Shown one piece after another: positions 1-17,955 of a stretch of DNA of 64,000 nucleotides. A program made the translations under genes and the position numbers. The stretch's first letter is position 1; every line of letters begins with the position of its first letter. Origin of the DNA: the human T2T-CHM13v2.0 reference genome, Homo sapiens; the NCBI RefSeq assembly GCF_009914755.1, contig NC_060947.1. One strand, written 5' to 3'. The notes under the pieces were generated by a model, which worked only from the letters and a program-made list of their open reading frames with translations, was not told the DNA's origin and made no database searches.

Positions 1-269
1 TGATGGGAGGAGGCTCATGAAAATTTCAACATGCTTTTGTGGAAAATGGAAGAGAGAGTAGTCTAGGAAAAATTGAGATTATCAAACAACGTAGAGGATC
101 CAAGCAAAATTGGAAGCAATAAATATGTAGAGGCATAAATCCACATGGATGTGAGACTGTTATCTTAGTAATACTTAGCAGTCTACATGTAGGGAAATAT
201 GGCCCAAATAAGATCTACATAGAGGAAAAGAGTTGAATTAGTGTAGGTAAAATTGAAATAGGAATGGAT

Positions 270-670
270 TCCAATGTCCCAGGGGAGCATGCCATGCTTG
301 AAAAACTATGGTAGTTTGCTATAGCTGGAAGCATAGTATATAAGACTAAAAAGTTAATCAAGGACCCAACAAATGATGTTTTTATACGCTTTGGCAATGG
401 AAATCCACTGAAGGGTTTTGAACTGGAGAATGACTTGATCGCATCTGTGTTTTAAAAGCATTACTAGAAAATATCTATGGAGGGGGGAATAGAAGGAATA
501 GACAAATGGCAAAGAGGCCATTTAAGAGGTTATTTAACAGTATAGATGGGAAGGCTTGAACAAGGGCACAGAAGTGGACATGAAAGGAAGAAATGGATTA
601 GAGAGACCTACAGAGATGATTAGTTGAGGATAGATTTGTGAAAACTTGGTGACTAAATGGGATTTTAGGT
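270..670 (-). mobile_element. LINE-2 (L2) fragment, highly decayed
   Basis: Purine-rich strand with L2-typical phrases (ggaaatccactgaagggttttgaactggagaatgacttgatc...ttttaaaagcattact). Boundaries approximate. Confidence 0.5.
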
Positions 671-802
671 TATTTGAATTTCATTTCTTCCTCACAGATT
701 CTTCTTCCTTACTCCCCTCTGCAGATGACCCTTCCTTTGACAGAAGCCAAAAAGCTAGTACTAATTGCATATAAAACTCATAAAGTATTATTGAAAGTTG
801 AA

Positions 803-1065
803 CAGTATAATTGAAAGAGTATGGACTTAGGAGTTTCATGTTCTAAGCCCTACTCCACCACTTAATATCTTCATGATTTGGCACAGTTAACCTCACTGAG
901 CTTCAGTTTCTTCCTCTGTAAAATGAGGATCATATCTATTTTCCAGAGCTATTGTAAGGTTTAATGAAATACTGCAAACACGTATAGAAAGTAGTTTGCT
1001 TGAATGCTTCCTGGTACGTAATAGATGTTCAAATGGTAGTTAGTTCTGTTTCCATTATTTTTATT
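803..1065 (+). mobile_element. MIR SINE
   Basis: MIR core ttaacctcactgagcttcagtttcttcctctgtaaaatgagg followed by ttgtaaggtttaatgaaat and a ttattatt-type tail. Confidence 0.75.
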
Positions 1066-1804
1066 ACTCTTAGTATCTTTGTTATTATCTCAGTGTCCAT
1101 GGAGTGCTTTTTCCAGATTCTGCTGTCCCCTCCAAGGCTGGTTTCATCATGTTTCATCCTGCCCCTGCCTTCTCTTCACTGAAGTCATACCAAGTCACAC
1201 TGTAGATAGGTGACTCCCTAAATATTGCCCAACAAGCCACATAGTGTCAGGAACCCTCCCTGACTCCAGTCCAATCATTGAGCCAGCTGGCCCTAGGTTC
1301 ACACCAATGGCAGAGGCTGTCCCTCAAATCAGGTCGAATTTGGCTGGACAAGGAAACCAACCACACAAAGATGGCCTCTCAGATCATTCGTTTAACTATT
1401 GCCATAAATGGACACATAAACCTCCTATCATTGCGTGTGTCATAAGTGAATATATTATATTCTCATATGCTATGTTCTCATACATTATATTCTCCCAGGC
1501 ATGCCTCATGTCCAACTACCTGAAAACATGCCAACTGGAAGAAGCCCCTCAAATCTCAACACATAAGGAGTGCAAAACACAAAAACAAAATCTTAGCAGC
1601 CAAGGCCCCTCTGACTGAATCATGGCCAGCTGTCTTTAAAATAACGTATGCCAATTTTATGACTGCCTACAGAGATTGCCCTGCAAATAACCTTGGGTAG
1701 GTGGTTGTGCCTCTAATTATACCCCGTAAGTGACAGAAATCATGCTGCATCATGACTGTCTTCAAATTGCAGAAAAACAGACCTAATTAAAAGAGTTTCC
1801 TGAT

Positions 1805-2115
1805 GGCCGGGTGCAGTGGCTCACGCCTGTAATCCCAGCACTTTGGGAAGCCAAGGTGAGTGGATCACCTAGGGTCAAGAGTTCGACACCAGCCTGACCA
1901 ACATGGAGAAACCCCATCTCTAGTAAAAATACAAAATTAGTCAGGCATGGTGGTGCATGCCTGTAATCTCAGCTACTTGGGAGGCTGAGGCAGGAGTATC
2001 GCTTGAACCCAGGAGGTGGAGGTTGCAGTGAGCCTAGATCGCACCACTGCACTCCAGCCTGGGCAACAAGAGTGAAACTCTGTCTCAAAAAATATTAATA
2101 ATAAAATAAAATAAA
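1805..2115 (+). mobile_element. Alu (S family), full length
   Basis: ggccgggtgcagtggctcacgcctgtaatcccagc start, A-rich linker and tail; degenerate TSD aaaag/aagtttcctg on both sides. Confidence 0.95.
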
Positions 2116-4040
2116 TTTTTAAAAAAAGTTTCCTGTTTTCCTCTGAATAAGTCCAGTATGGTCCTTTTAACAGAAGCAGCATGTTTGAGGTTCTCTCCTC
2201 AAGAATCTACCAAGTTGTTGTTCAAAAGGATTATTTTCCCAGAACTAAGGATCAACTTTTAGTGATAACCTGACATGGGGGTACAAAACAAATCGTGCAC
2301 AAAAGGAGACCAAAATGTCAGGCATTTTCCAGAATTTCCCTTTGGCATCAGCCCTATGGTCTTAAATTGATAAGAGCTCTAGTAAGACCTTTTTGGGTGC
2401 TCTTTACCCTACAATCTTCCTTTGCCCAAGCTAGAACTAGGGTCAGTGGCATTCTTCATGCTCACGTTTTCCTAATTATACTGTAGAACCACTACCAAAT
2501 TGCTAGAATTGGGACCAAGTGGAATAGTGAGAAGAGGGGAGAAAAGTGGTCTATTTAACTTCATCTCACCCTTCCAAAATCCACAAGGCTTCTCTCATGG
2601 ACAAAGATTTCACATAATGGGGACCTTTACAAAGAGTGAGCAGTCTGCTTGGCTATGATAGGAGCAAAGAGTTTTAAGCAACAGATTAGGAATTCACATT
2701 TGGGTAAAAGCAGGTAGAACCTCTGTTAGCCTGGAGACTTCAAGGACGTTGATGACAGCAGTACACATGCCTCTTACTATTTGAAAGGGAGCCGAATGTC
2801 TACGGAATGTAGTATTAAAAGAAACTATTTAGTAATTTTAATACATCTCTGTAAACACACGTAATTCCACAAGGCTACTCTCAGAGGCAAGGACGGGAAG
2901 CCGTAGCAAGGAATGTCTCTATTCTAGTCCTAAGAAGATTTGTGTCGCTTTCCCATAACCTCAAGTGTTTACTTGCTCTTGTAATAAATCAGGCCTAGAC
3001 TATCACTGCCTAACAATTTTCCAGTACGCGTCACTTTCATTTCAGCTCCTGCTAGTGTACCATGCAAAGCACCTGTGCATAGTAATTAATTTTAAGCATT
3101 TATGCATGCTAGTAAACAATTCTAGCACAACTTTGTGGTTGTGTTTCACTATTAAATTAGCCCTTTTTGTTTTGCTGAAGTCCACATGTGTGTTTATGTA
3201 TGCATGTGTTTACATGTATCTGTGTAAACAATAAGTAACAAGCAAAAACAAGCCAGTGTCCTACAGGAACGAGAGCAGTGAGTTTTTTACTATGTGTACC
3301 TGTTTACCCTCACTCCAGGCTAAATTGTGTGCCCCTGTGTTTTAAAGTTAAATAACTATAACTACCTATGAAATCACATAGCACTTCCACTTTAGGATTA
3401 TCAAACGTCTGCTAGCATTTTCTTAATATATTCGATGCAGTAGCTGGATCCCAGGAATTCACCTATGAACACTGAAAGATTACTTCTGATGGCAGACATG
3501 AAATTAGTTGCTCCAATTTTTGAACTAGATGGAACCAACTGGAATAGACTACAGGGTGAGAATATACATGTGAGTTTGAGTGAATATGTCATTTAAACCT
3601 AATTTTTGTCTCATTTTCAGGCAGTTATATAGAATTTCGCTTAAGAAATACTGGAACATAACTGGGACCTTGAAGAAACTAAAGGGTTTGACAGCATAAT
3701 TGAAATGGCAAAGTCTGCTTTCATCTTTAGTTTCTCTAGTGAAAGAAGTGACTCTATGTCTCCCTGAAAGCCCAAATTGGAGAACAACTAGGTCCCCCAG
3801 AACTGGTCCAGAAAATTAGGGATAAAGAAGTGCCATTTTTCAGTCCTACATCACCATTATTCAATTTCTAGTGGTTAGACAAAGTGTACCCAGCATGGAA
3901 TTTTGAAAGGCAGGCAGATGAGCCTCCTCCACAGCTTTTTGTTGGTCTACCTCTCGTCTTCTAAAGAATAGTGTGCTGGGGGAAGTAGCTAAAAATGAAA
4001 AACATTGAACAAAGGGTCACAAGTTACAATTGTATTAAAG

Positions 4041-4080
4041 ACTTTGAGTCAGATAAGGCCACTTTGAGTCAGATAAGGCC
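4041..4080. repeat. Perfect 20-bp tandem duplication (actttgagtcagataaggcc)x2
   Basis: Two identical adjacent copies at 4041-4060 and 4061-4080. Confidence 0.95.
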
Positions 4081-4329
4081 AAGTACTAGCTGGAAACAAA
4101 GAAAGTAAGAGACTGACAACATGAGCAGTTTACCATGACCTTCTACTTAGACTCTGGGATAAGGTCTCTGTGACGGGTACTCACTGAAAATTGAGAGACA
4201 AAGAAGTAAACAGTTATAATTTGGGGTGGAAAATGCTGTGAAGGAGGTAAATGCAGGATTCTACAGGATTACATTGACACCTACCACCAACTTAAAGAAT
4301 AACGGTAAGCAGGGAGGGCTTCTTTTAAG

Positions 4330-5704
<1,375 letters not shown>

Positions 5705-5923
5705 TAATGACTCCTTTTATACCCCGGCCCAGTGAGCTCTGCCTAAAAGCTAATTCACCACAACTTGAATTCCTAATGAGTATTTAATCTTCTTCCTAAT
5801 GTCTTGTAACCCAGCCCAGGCCCCAGCGGTACCATCTAATGAATCCCTCAGGAGACTAAGATTCCACATCCTAAAGTTAGTGCCGCTTGTAGCCACAGCT
5901 CTCAGCTTCTAACAGCACAAGGG

Positions 5924-5939
5924 TGCCCTCTAGTGTTCA
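5924..5939 (-). promoter_or_regulatory. Candidate CTCF site
   Basis: Minus strand TGAACACTAGAGGGCA closely matches the CTCF core (TGxCCACYAGRKGGCR). Motif only; binding not shown. Confidence 0.5.
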
Positions 5940-6774
5940 GCATGATGCATACAGGGGCACAGAGAACTCTGAATTGTGAACCTCGCCTTTCAACCAGGAT
6001 CACTGCCCTGCCACCTTCACTTCTGGGGAAATTCACTAGCCACATACAACCTCAAATTTGGAGGGACTCTAAGTACTTCAGATTCTAGCAGGGCATGAAG
6101 AGAGTCAGGCAAGCCGTACTCTCTTAAGGCAATGTATTTTTTCAGTTGCCCATCACAGTTAGGGAGTAGCCTGTAGTGTCATCTCTTGAGTAGAACCGTC
6201 TAGGTTCTCAGTAAGCCTCAGGGGGAAAACTACAAGATAGATTGGTCAGAGTTATACTATTATTTCAGAAATAATAAGCCACAGAGTGTAGATACATATG
6301 TGTCTACCAAACTAGAGAAACACAAGGACCCATGCCACAGGCCTCCTGGTTGCACTAGTCTCTTAATATATCCTACAGCAGGGTTAACCACTTTGTCCAC
6401 AGGTGCCACTCCCATCACTAGAAACTTTTGTATACTAACCAGGGAGCCAGGGTGAAAGTGGAAGGATCATCTTTTACCCTTACCTACAAAGGGCTGTGGG
6501 AAGGGCAGTACATCATAAGGAATTCTGGGTGGTACACTCACCTTTACACTAGTGAAGAGATCCCCTTGTTCATATAGCAGATTAGGAAGAATAGAGATCC
6601 TCCTATAGGATCGGTGTGCTCATGAGATAACATGCAATAGGAATCGGCGTGCTCATGAGATGAGATAACATGCAACAAAACCCCAGTATTACTACTGTGT
6701 TACTGCTTCTACTCAACCCTCTACAGAGTGGAGATCCAAGTGCCTACCTCACTATAGCCTAAGAAAACCTATGC

Positions 6775-7132
6775 CCTAAAAAAGAACAAAATCATGTCCT
6801 TTGCAGCAACATGGATGCGGCTGGAGGCCATCAGCCTAAGTGAATTAATGTGGGAACAGAAAACCAAATACCGCATGTTCTCACTTATAAGTGGGAGCTA
6901 TGCATTGGCTATACATGCACACAAAGATGGGAACAATAGATACTGGGGATCCCAAAGTGGGGGGAAGGGAGGGGGCAGGGGTTGAAAAACTACCTATTGG
7001 GTGCTATGTTCACTACTTGGGTGAAGAGATCATTAGAAGCCCAAACCTCAGCATCACGCAATATACCCATGTAACAAACCTGCACATGTACCCCCTGAAT
7101 CTAAAATAAAATGTTTTTAGAAAAGAAAAAAA
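6775..7132 (+). mobile_element. 5'-truncated L1 3' end (L1PB/L1PA16-like)
   Basis: ORF2 C-terminus (MSFAATWMRLEAISLSEL...KTKYRMFSLISGS), 3' UTR, A tail, and 14-bp TSD aagaaaacctatgc at 6761-6774 and 7133-7146. Confidence 0.9.
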
Positions 7133-7519
7133 AAGAAAACCTATGCTTTTCATCTTATTTTGCAACTCTGCCTTAAGTTCTAATATGGCCCTCCACCATC
7201 TGTCATTTCCTTACCTAGGATTCCAAACAAATATGCCAATTACCAGAAGACATTTTCAGAACTGAAGGCAGAACTGAAAGTATGATTAACCTGAGTATGA
7301 TGTCAAGCACTTGAATTGTTTCGCTAAGGCTAAGGTCAAGTCCTTTCAACAATATGTAGATAATAACTATGGCAAACTTACATCATGTCCCAGTACTAGA
7401 CATATTTATTTATGAAATGGCTGCCTATTCCAATCATTACCTCAGCATCACAACAATAAAACTTTGCCCATACCTATTGACTCAGGGCCTCCCAGATCAT
7501 CATGGCAAACCATAAGTTT

Positions 7520-7930
7520 GTTTTTAATCATTTTTGGAGTTTGTTTGCATATAATAACATTTACCCATTTTGAATGGACTTTATAATAAGCACTGACAAA
7601 TTTATATACCTCCTGGAAATAACAACTGCCATACTCAAAATACAAAACACTGTCATCACCTCCTCCCAAAATTCACTTCTGCCCATCCCAGTCACCCAGA
7701 GACCCACTTCAAGCCTAAGGCAAGCAGTATTTTTTATTTTGTCATCAAGAATAGATTTGCCATTCCTGAAGTTTCATATAAACAGAAGTATACATGATAT
7801 CCTCTTTTGTGTCTATCTTAATTTAACAAAATGTTCTTGAATTTCATGTTCAAGTTAAAGTTATATCCCACTGTGGTTTTAATTTGAATTTCCCAAATGA
7901 CTGATGACGTTGAGCATCTTCTCATGCTCT
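7520..7930 (-). mobile_element. Old L1M 3' fragments
   Basis: gatttgccattcctgaagtttcatataaacagaagtatac and cactgtggttttaatttgaatttccc...gttgagcatcttctcatg resemble reverse L1M sequence. Confidence 0.6.
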
Positions 7931-8128
7931 CAGTGCACATTTCTATTTTTTTTTTTTTTTTTGAAATTTTGAACCATTGTTTTTATGAAATGGATTTGTC
8001 TACAGCATGAATGAGACTGATGTGTGGAAGATGGTAGCTCACATGTGCCACAAGCAATATTTTTTTGCTGTTTGTCTTATTCAGTACCCTATATATTTTC
8101 AGAAACAGATGAATTAAATCCCATATGA

Positions 8129-8504
<376 letters not shown>

Positions 8505-9099
8505 TGATATAGCACCACTTTTGGAATAACCCTGCAAAAGGCCTACTTAAAAGTTGAAAGATAGAATTATTGGACCATGTTCTATATATTCCATATGATG
8601 AAGGCACATAATTGCCTATTATGCATCAATCACATTAAACTTAGGAACACTCCAGGTAAATGAAGTTTGTCCTGAGATTTCTGGCATTTATCAGGTTCTA
8701 CCCACAGTTCATTACTTATGTTATTTTTCTAGTTAGCCTGATAACTGATTTCAAGAAAGGGACAGAATTTGTTTCATTGGCAATTTTACTTACTGGGCTG
8801 TAGGTTTGTGAAATAGTGATCCTCTCAGCCCTTAGAACGGCCATGAAGACCTATGGCATTCAGAGCATGGGGTAAGTTGCCTTCAACTTTGAATAATCTT
8901 GCCCATTTCCTTAGTATACCATGTACACACCATTTTCTATAAGTGTTAAAACATGAAATTTTGGGGAGCACTAATTTAGTCCTCTGTCATAGATGTAGCC
9001 ATCCAGCACATGAAGGTACTATTTTCTACCCTAATTCTCTCTCCTACACCTAATCCTCCCTGGCCCTAAAACCAGCCTACTCCAACCTAGCAAATTCTT

Positions 9100-10595
<1,496 letters not shown>

Positions 10596-11799
10596 CCAAC
10601 CTGGCAAATTCTTATACTGTGATGAAAAATGTCTCCAACTACATAGTGATGACCATCATATCCTCAGAAAATCCCTGATTTGGGGAACATCCACCTAAAC
10701 ACCTATTTGTTTAAGAAGTTAGCAAGACACAAAGTCAACCATATTTTATGGGAATGAGAATACTCACCACCAAGGCCTTCTTTGGGACTTAGAGGTGATA
10801 CTACACTCAGAACTCCATAGCTAAGAGCAGCTAAGGCAAACCCAGAAGCTCAGTTTGTACCAGGTATTCATTCTAGAAGTATTACTAAGCGCTTAGAGTG
10901 TATCAGGCACTGGTGCAATGCTTGATGGACCACATTCACAGAATTTTTTGGTCTTACTAGGCTGCCCAAATCACCAGGTCTTGAGGGCAGATTATCTCCT
11001 TTAGCAAGTCCTCCCTGGCAGATTATCCAAACTATGAACTTTAAGGCCATCTATTTCCAACTATAATTAATCAGAATAATCTGGCAGAGGAAGTAGGCAA
11101 ACACACAGGCATACTGATGCCAGACTGAAAGTCAAATATACCCAGAAACGATAATGTAAAGTACAGAATAACAGGCTGACTCCCATTTAGGGAGGCCTGT
11201 CCTTAAATACTGTGCCTATGCAAAGACATTTATGTCTGGTGATTATTCAAGATATTGATTAAACTCTACAGAGACTTTTGAAGGATTCATGTTTATTACT
11301 GCATCCTCCAATAGAATAGCATCTAGAAAACCTGTAGTTAGAACAAGAAATACCTTTAGCAATTCAGAGAAATAATACACCACTCACTGTCCCTATATGT
11401 GTCTCTAGGATTCCAGAACATTAAAATGTATCTTTAACTTGCTCCCTTTCCACTGCCATAACTTCAACCTGGTGATTATGTAATTATTCACTAAAATGGC
11501 ACATTTTATCCATATGCTGGTTCTTTATCCATTGACATTAACATAATACTACAACTGAAATTAGTGAGCTATTTTGTTTTCAGAAACTCTGATGTTTTCA
11601 ACTATGACACCAAGATTGAAGAATAATATTGAAGGCCTTTTGTAATTGCATCTACTATACATGGCTAAATGCAGCACAACCAGTTTTTTGAGGAATACTT
11701 CTTCTGTTCTGCTTACAGACAACTCAATAGTTCAACCTACTTCGTAGAGTTTGGCTGCAACATAAAACATTCACATGAAACATCCTCTTCAAAGAAACC

Positions 11800-14170
11800 A
11801 TTATTATACTAGAAAAGAAAAAGAATCTCAGGAAAATAGAAATGGACAGGAACTTCCTTAACTTGCCAAACAATATCTTTGAAACATACAGGTCATATTA
11901 TTCTTAATATTGAAAGACTGAATGCTTGTTCTTAAAAGCAACCTCAAGAGAAGGATAACTATTCTTGCCACACCTATTCAGCGTAGTATTGAAAGTTTTA
12001 GATAGTGAAATAAAGCACGGCTAGAAAATTAAATTTATGCATAGGAGAAAGAAAGAAACAAAACAGTCCTTGTTTGCAGATAATATGATTGTCTACATAG
12101 AAAATACCAAGGAAACCATAAAAATCTCCTAGTTAGTAAGTTGCAGGATACAAGATCAACCTACAGAAATCAATTGTATTTTTATATGCTAGATAAGAAC
12201 AGGTGGATACGAAAAATAAAAAACATAATGCCATTTACAATTGCTCAGAAAGTGGAAGACTTAGGGGTAAATCTAACAAAACTTGTAAAGAAATTACAAG
12301 CTGAAAACTACACAATGCTGATGAAAGAAATTTTAAAAATCTAAGTGGATAAATGGAAAGACATAGTATGTTCATGGACTTGAAGACTCAAAGCAGATGT
12401 CAACTCTACCCAAATTGACACACATATTTAATGTAATTCCTGTCAAAATCCAAGCAAAATTTTGTATATATAGGTTATGCATATATATATGTATATACAA
12501 TAGATAAGTAAATATGTGATAGAGATAGACAATATACCTACAAAAATGCCTGGATTTTGGTACGAATTATTGCAAAATTTGTATGAAAAGTCAAAAGACT
12601 CAAATAGCTAAAAACAGTTTTTTAAAAGTACAAAATGGGAAGACTCAGTGTACCCAATTTCGAGTTTATTATATAACTACAGTAATCAAGACTGCATGAT
12701 ATTGATAGAGTGATAGACACATAGATCAATGGTGCAGCACACAAAACCCAGAAATAGACACACACAAATATGACCATTGATTTTCGGCAAAGGTGCAAAA
12801 GCAGTTCAATGGAGGAAAGATAGCATTTTCAACAAATGGTATTAGAGCAATTGAAAATCCATAGGGTAAAAAGTGAACCTCAACCAAAGACTCATACCCT
12901 ATACAAAAATTAACTAAAAATGTATTATGGACTTATGTAAAATGTAAAATTGTAGAACTTTTAGGAAAAAAGCACAAGAAAAGCTTTGGCATATAGGGTT
13001 GGGCAAAGAGTTCATACACTTGATACGAAAAGCACAATCTATAAAAGAAATTAAATGATAGTTTGGACTTCATCAATATTAAAAACTTTGGCTCCATGAA
13101 GAAGGATAAAAAAACTTTGGCTCCATGTTAAAAGGATAAAATACAGTCTATAGAGTAAAAGAAAATATTTGCAAATCACAAATCTGACAAAATACCTGAT
13201 ATCTATAGTATATATAGAAAAAATAAGCAATCCAATTAGAAAATAATGAAAAGACATAGACCTTTCACAGACAAGGATATACAATGGTAAATAAGCACAT
13301 AAACAGATGTAAAACATCATTAGTAGTTAAGGAAATGCAAATTAAAAGCACAATGAAGTATCATTACACACCAATAAGAATAGATAAAATAAAAATAATT
13401 ACAACTCCAAAAGCTGGCAAGGATATAGAGGAATTGGACCTCTCATGCATACTTGATGGGGATATAAAACAGTAGAGCCACTCTGAAATAGAATTTCAAA
13501 GTTTCTTAAAAATGAAACACAACCCAGCAATTGCCCTTCTGGGCATTTATCCCAGAGAATGAAGCCTTCTGTTATGTAGACACACACATGCACAGCTACT
13601 TGTACACAGGTGTTTGTAGTTAATTTGTTCATAATTTTTTAAAAAACTGAAAACAACCCAAATGTCCTTCAATAGGTGAATGCAATGAGTCAATGCAACG
13701 GGTTATGTGACTGTGGTGTATCCATAACATGGGATATTTCTCAGCAATGGAAAGGAACAAACTGATACACACAACCTGGATTAGCCTGTAGATAATTATG
13801 CCGAGTGAAATAACCATTCCCTAAAAGTCACATACTGTATCACTCCATTCATACAACAATCTTGAAGTGACAAATTATAGAAACGGAAAACAGATTAGTG
13901 GTTGCCAGAAGTTAAGGAGCTGATGAGAGCAGGACGGAAACTAGCATGACTACAAAAAGACAACATGAGGGATCCTCATGGCTATGGAAATGTTTCAAAT
14001 CTTTACTATATCAATGCCAATATCCTGTTTCTGATATTATACTACAGTTTTGCAGGTTGTTACCATTGGAGAAAATTAGGTAAAGGATGAATGAGATCTG
14101 TATGTATTTTATTTTGCCACTGCATGTGAATCCAAAATTATTTCAACATAAATGACTTAATTAAAAATAA
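11800..14170 (+). mobile_element. Old L1 (L1MD-like) ORF2 3' half and 3' UTR
   Basis: Degenerate RT motif cttgtttgcagataatatgattgtctac (LFADxMIVY), ORF2 C-terminal peptides, and a 3' UTR ending ctgcatgtgaatccaaaattatttc. Confidence 0.85.
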
Positions 14171-14319
14171 AAGTATCCATTAAATATCCATAAAATTGAT
14201 ACACCTTTAGCTAGACTGATCAAAAAAGAGATAATTCACAAATCACCAATGTCAGGAGTAAAAGAGGGAATATCTACCACAAAGGCCACAGACATCAAAA
14301 GGATAATAAGAAATATTAT

Positions 14320-16460
14320 TGTCTCAGTAAGATTGGTTGAGCTACTATAACAAATTACCATAGACTGGATGGCTTACGCAATGAACATTTATTTCTCATA
14401 ATTCTGAAGGCTGTAAGGTCCAAGATCAAGGTGCCAGCAGATCCAGTGTCTGCTGAGGGCCAGTTTCCTGGTTTGCAAATGGCCACTTTCTGCATATACC
14501 CTTATGTCTTGTCTTAGAAGAACACTAATCTTATTCAGAAGGACTCCACCCTTATAATTTAATTACTTCCTAAAAGCCCCACCTCCTAATATCAACACAT
14601 TGGGGGTTAGGTTTTCAATATATTGATTTGGGCAGGACACAAACATTTAGTCTATAATATTCTATTCCTGGCTTCAAAAAGTCATGCCTTTCTGACATGC
14701 AAAATATATTCATTTCATCCCAACAACCCCAAAAGTCTTAACTCATTCCAGTGTCAACTCTAAAATCTGGAGTCCAGAGTCTTGCCTAAATATCATCTAA
14801 ATCAGTTACGGGTGAAACTTGAGGTAAGATTCATCCTGAGGCAGAATTCTTCTCCAGGTGTAAACCAGTGACACCAAACAAGTTATGTGCATCCCAAATA
14901 CAATGGTAGGGCAGGCATATGATAGACATTGACAAAATAGAAATTTGGTGGGGGCGAGGAAAATAAGAAGGAAGGAGTGATGGGCTCCAGGTAAGTCAAA
15001 AATCTAGCAAAGAAAACTCTATGAAGTCTTAAGGCTTGAGAATAATCCTCTTTGGTTTGATCCTCTGTCTTCTGGACCCACTGCAGCAATAGCCCTGCCT
15101 CCACAGCTCTGCTGAGTTGGAGTTAAGTGCCCATGGCTCTGCCTAGCAGATGTTATGAGCCCACAGTGAGATTATACGAACATTGGTTCAGCCCTTTGGG
15201 ACTGAGGTGAAGAAGACCTGCCTCCCAGGCCTGTGCATTCTGGGCCTGTAGTGGGAGTCATAGCCCTGATGATCTCTGAATCACCTTTTGGGGTTTCTTT
15301 CCTTGTCTGAAGAATAATGCATGTCCACAGCTGGAAGAGATGTGTGATCTGGGTCTGTAGGCGCTAAGAAGTCTGACAGTCTTCTTTTACTTGGTCCTAT
15401 TTTCTGTTTTCTTCAGTCAAAGCTGGCAGTGTTTCTGCTAACATAATGCCATCTCTATTCCTGGCTTCTGCTGAGATTGCTGAATAGGTCCATGTTTCAC
15501 ACCTGCACTAATCTCCTTAATAAATGATTGGTCTACCACACCTGTAGTGTTTTCTTCTGAACTCACTTTCTCATTTTTTGTTATGCACAGGCTGACAATT
15601 TTCCAAATCTTTAAGTTCTGATAACTTTTTGATAAGTAATTGTGTCTTCAATTCATTTCTGTCCCCTTGCATTTTACTATAAGCAATCAGGAGGAACCAA
15701 GCCACTCCTTAGACGCTTTGTTTAGAAATTTCCTTGGCTAAATATCCAATTTTATTGTTCACAAACTCTACCTTCCACAAAACGCTAGAACACAAACATA
15801 ATTCAGCCAAGTTCTTTGCCACTTTATAACAAAAAAAATCACCTTTCCTCCTGTTTCCAATAATGTGTCCCTCATTTCCATCTCAGACCTCATCAGAATG
15901 GCCTTTGCCATCCACATTTCTATCAATATTCTGTTCATGATTATGTATACATTCTCTAAGAAGACAAAAGTTTTCTCTACAGATCTCCATTTTTCTTTCT
16001 GAGCTATCACTGGAATCATCTTTAAAAATCTCTTCACAGCAATTCTGGCTTCTTCTAGCATGTACCTCTAAACCATTCTATCCTCAACCCATTACCCAGT
16101 TGCAAAGCCACTCCACATTTTTAGGTATTTGTTACAGCAGCAGAACCCCACCTCTTAGTACCAGTTTCTGTCTCAGTCAGTTCAGACTTCTATACCAAAT
16201 TACCATAGACTGGATGGCTTAAGCAACAAACATTTATTTCTGACAGTTCTGGAACCTGGAATGTCCAAGATCCAGGTGCCAGCAGAGCTGGTGCCTGGGC
16301 CCACTTCCTGGTTTGCAGACAACTGTTTTCTTTTTAGATCCTCACATGGCTAAGAGCAGAAAGTAAGAACAAGCTCTCATGTCTCCTCTTATAAGGGCAC
16401 TAATCCCATTCAGAAGGACTCCACCTTAATGACCTAATTAGTTTCCTAAGACACCACCAT
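14320..16460 (-). mobile_element. MaLR element (MLT1A-like): LTR, internal region, partial LTR
   Basis: Two similar LTRs at 14320-14659 and 16169-16460 (both begin tgtctcagt...caaattaccatagactggatggctta on +). The minus strand reads aaactggtac right after the 5' LTR, as in MaLR internal starts. Confidence 0.85.
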
Positions 16461-17039
16461 CAGATAAATAGCAATCCCCCATGAAATGTTTCAAAAAAAT
16501 TAGAAGTGCATGCTTTGAAATAATTTTATGAGTCCAACATAACACTGCAACTAAAATCAGAAAAAAAGGTATTTAAAAATGAATAAAACTGTAGATCATT
16601 TTGCACTTATCCCCATGTATACAATACTTTTTAAATACTGGCATATTATATACAAGAAGAAAGATAAATTACCAAATGAAGTATATTCAAGAAATGAAAT
16701 ATATGCTGGTAAGCAGGCTCTCTGGCTTTCAGACTTTGTCTTTATTTACTATCTAATCATGTTCAGTTTCTCAGTATCTTTCTCCAAAACATCAATAACC
16801 CCAATAATAATAATCCAATTTCTTAGCCTTCATGTTTATTATGTCCCCCGTGCCTCTCAAACATCAAAGACATTGTACCTACTAGTATATGCCTTGCATT
16901 AATGCTCCATCCCAGTTCACCACCAGTACAAGTTTCAACAAATGCATGACAGAGGATATTAGTGTTTTACCTACCATCAGTGAAGGGTCCTTCTTTGTCA
17001 GAAGGTCAGCAAGAATTAAGTTGGAAATCCCATTACAGT

Positions 17040-17763
<724 letters not shown>

Positions 17764-17801
<38 letters not shown>

Positions 17802-17955
17802 CACACATATACACTGTATATACATAGTATACATATAATCATTGTATATGTATATATGTATACAATGTCTGTATGTATCACTGTGTATACTGTATATATA
17901 TATACACACTGTATGTATAAATATAAACATATACTTTGTGTGTATATGTATATAT
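17764..17955. repeat. (CA)n microsatellite followed by degenerate (TA/TG)n
   Basis: Seen directly. Confidence 0.95.

Noticed and set aside
1244-1618. 124-aa ORF in non-repeat sequence
   Set aside because: GTG start, no recognisable domain and no supporting gene structure.
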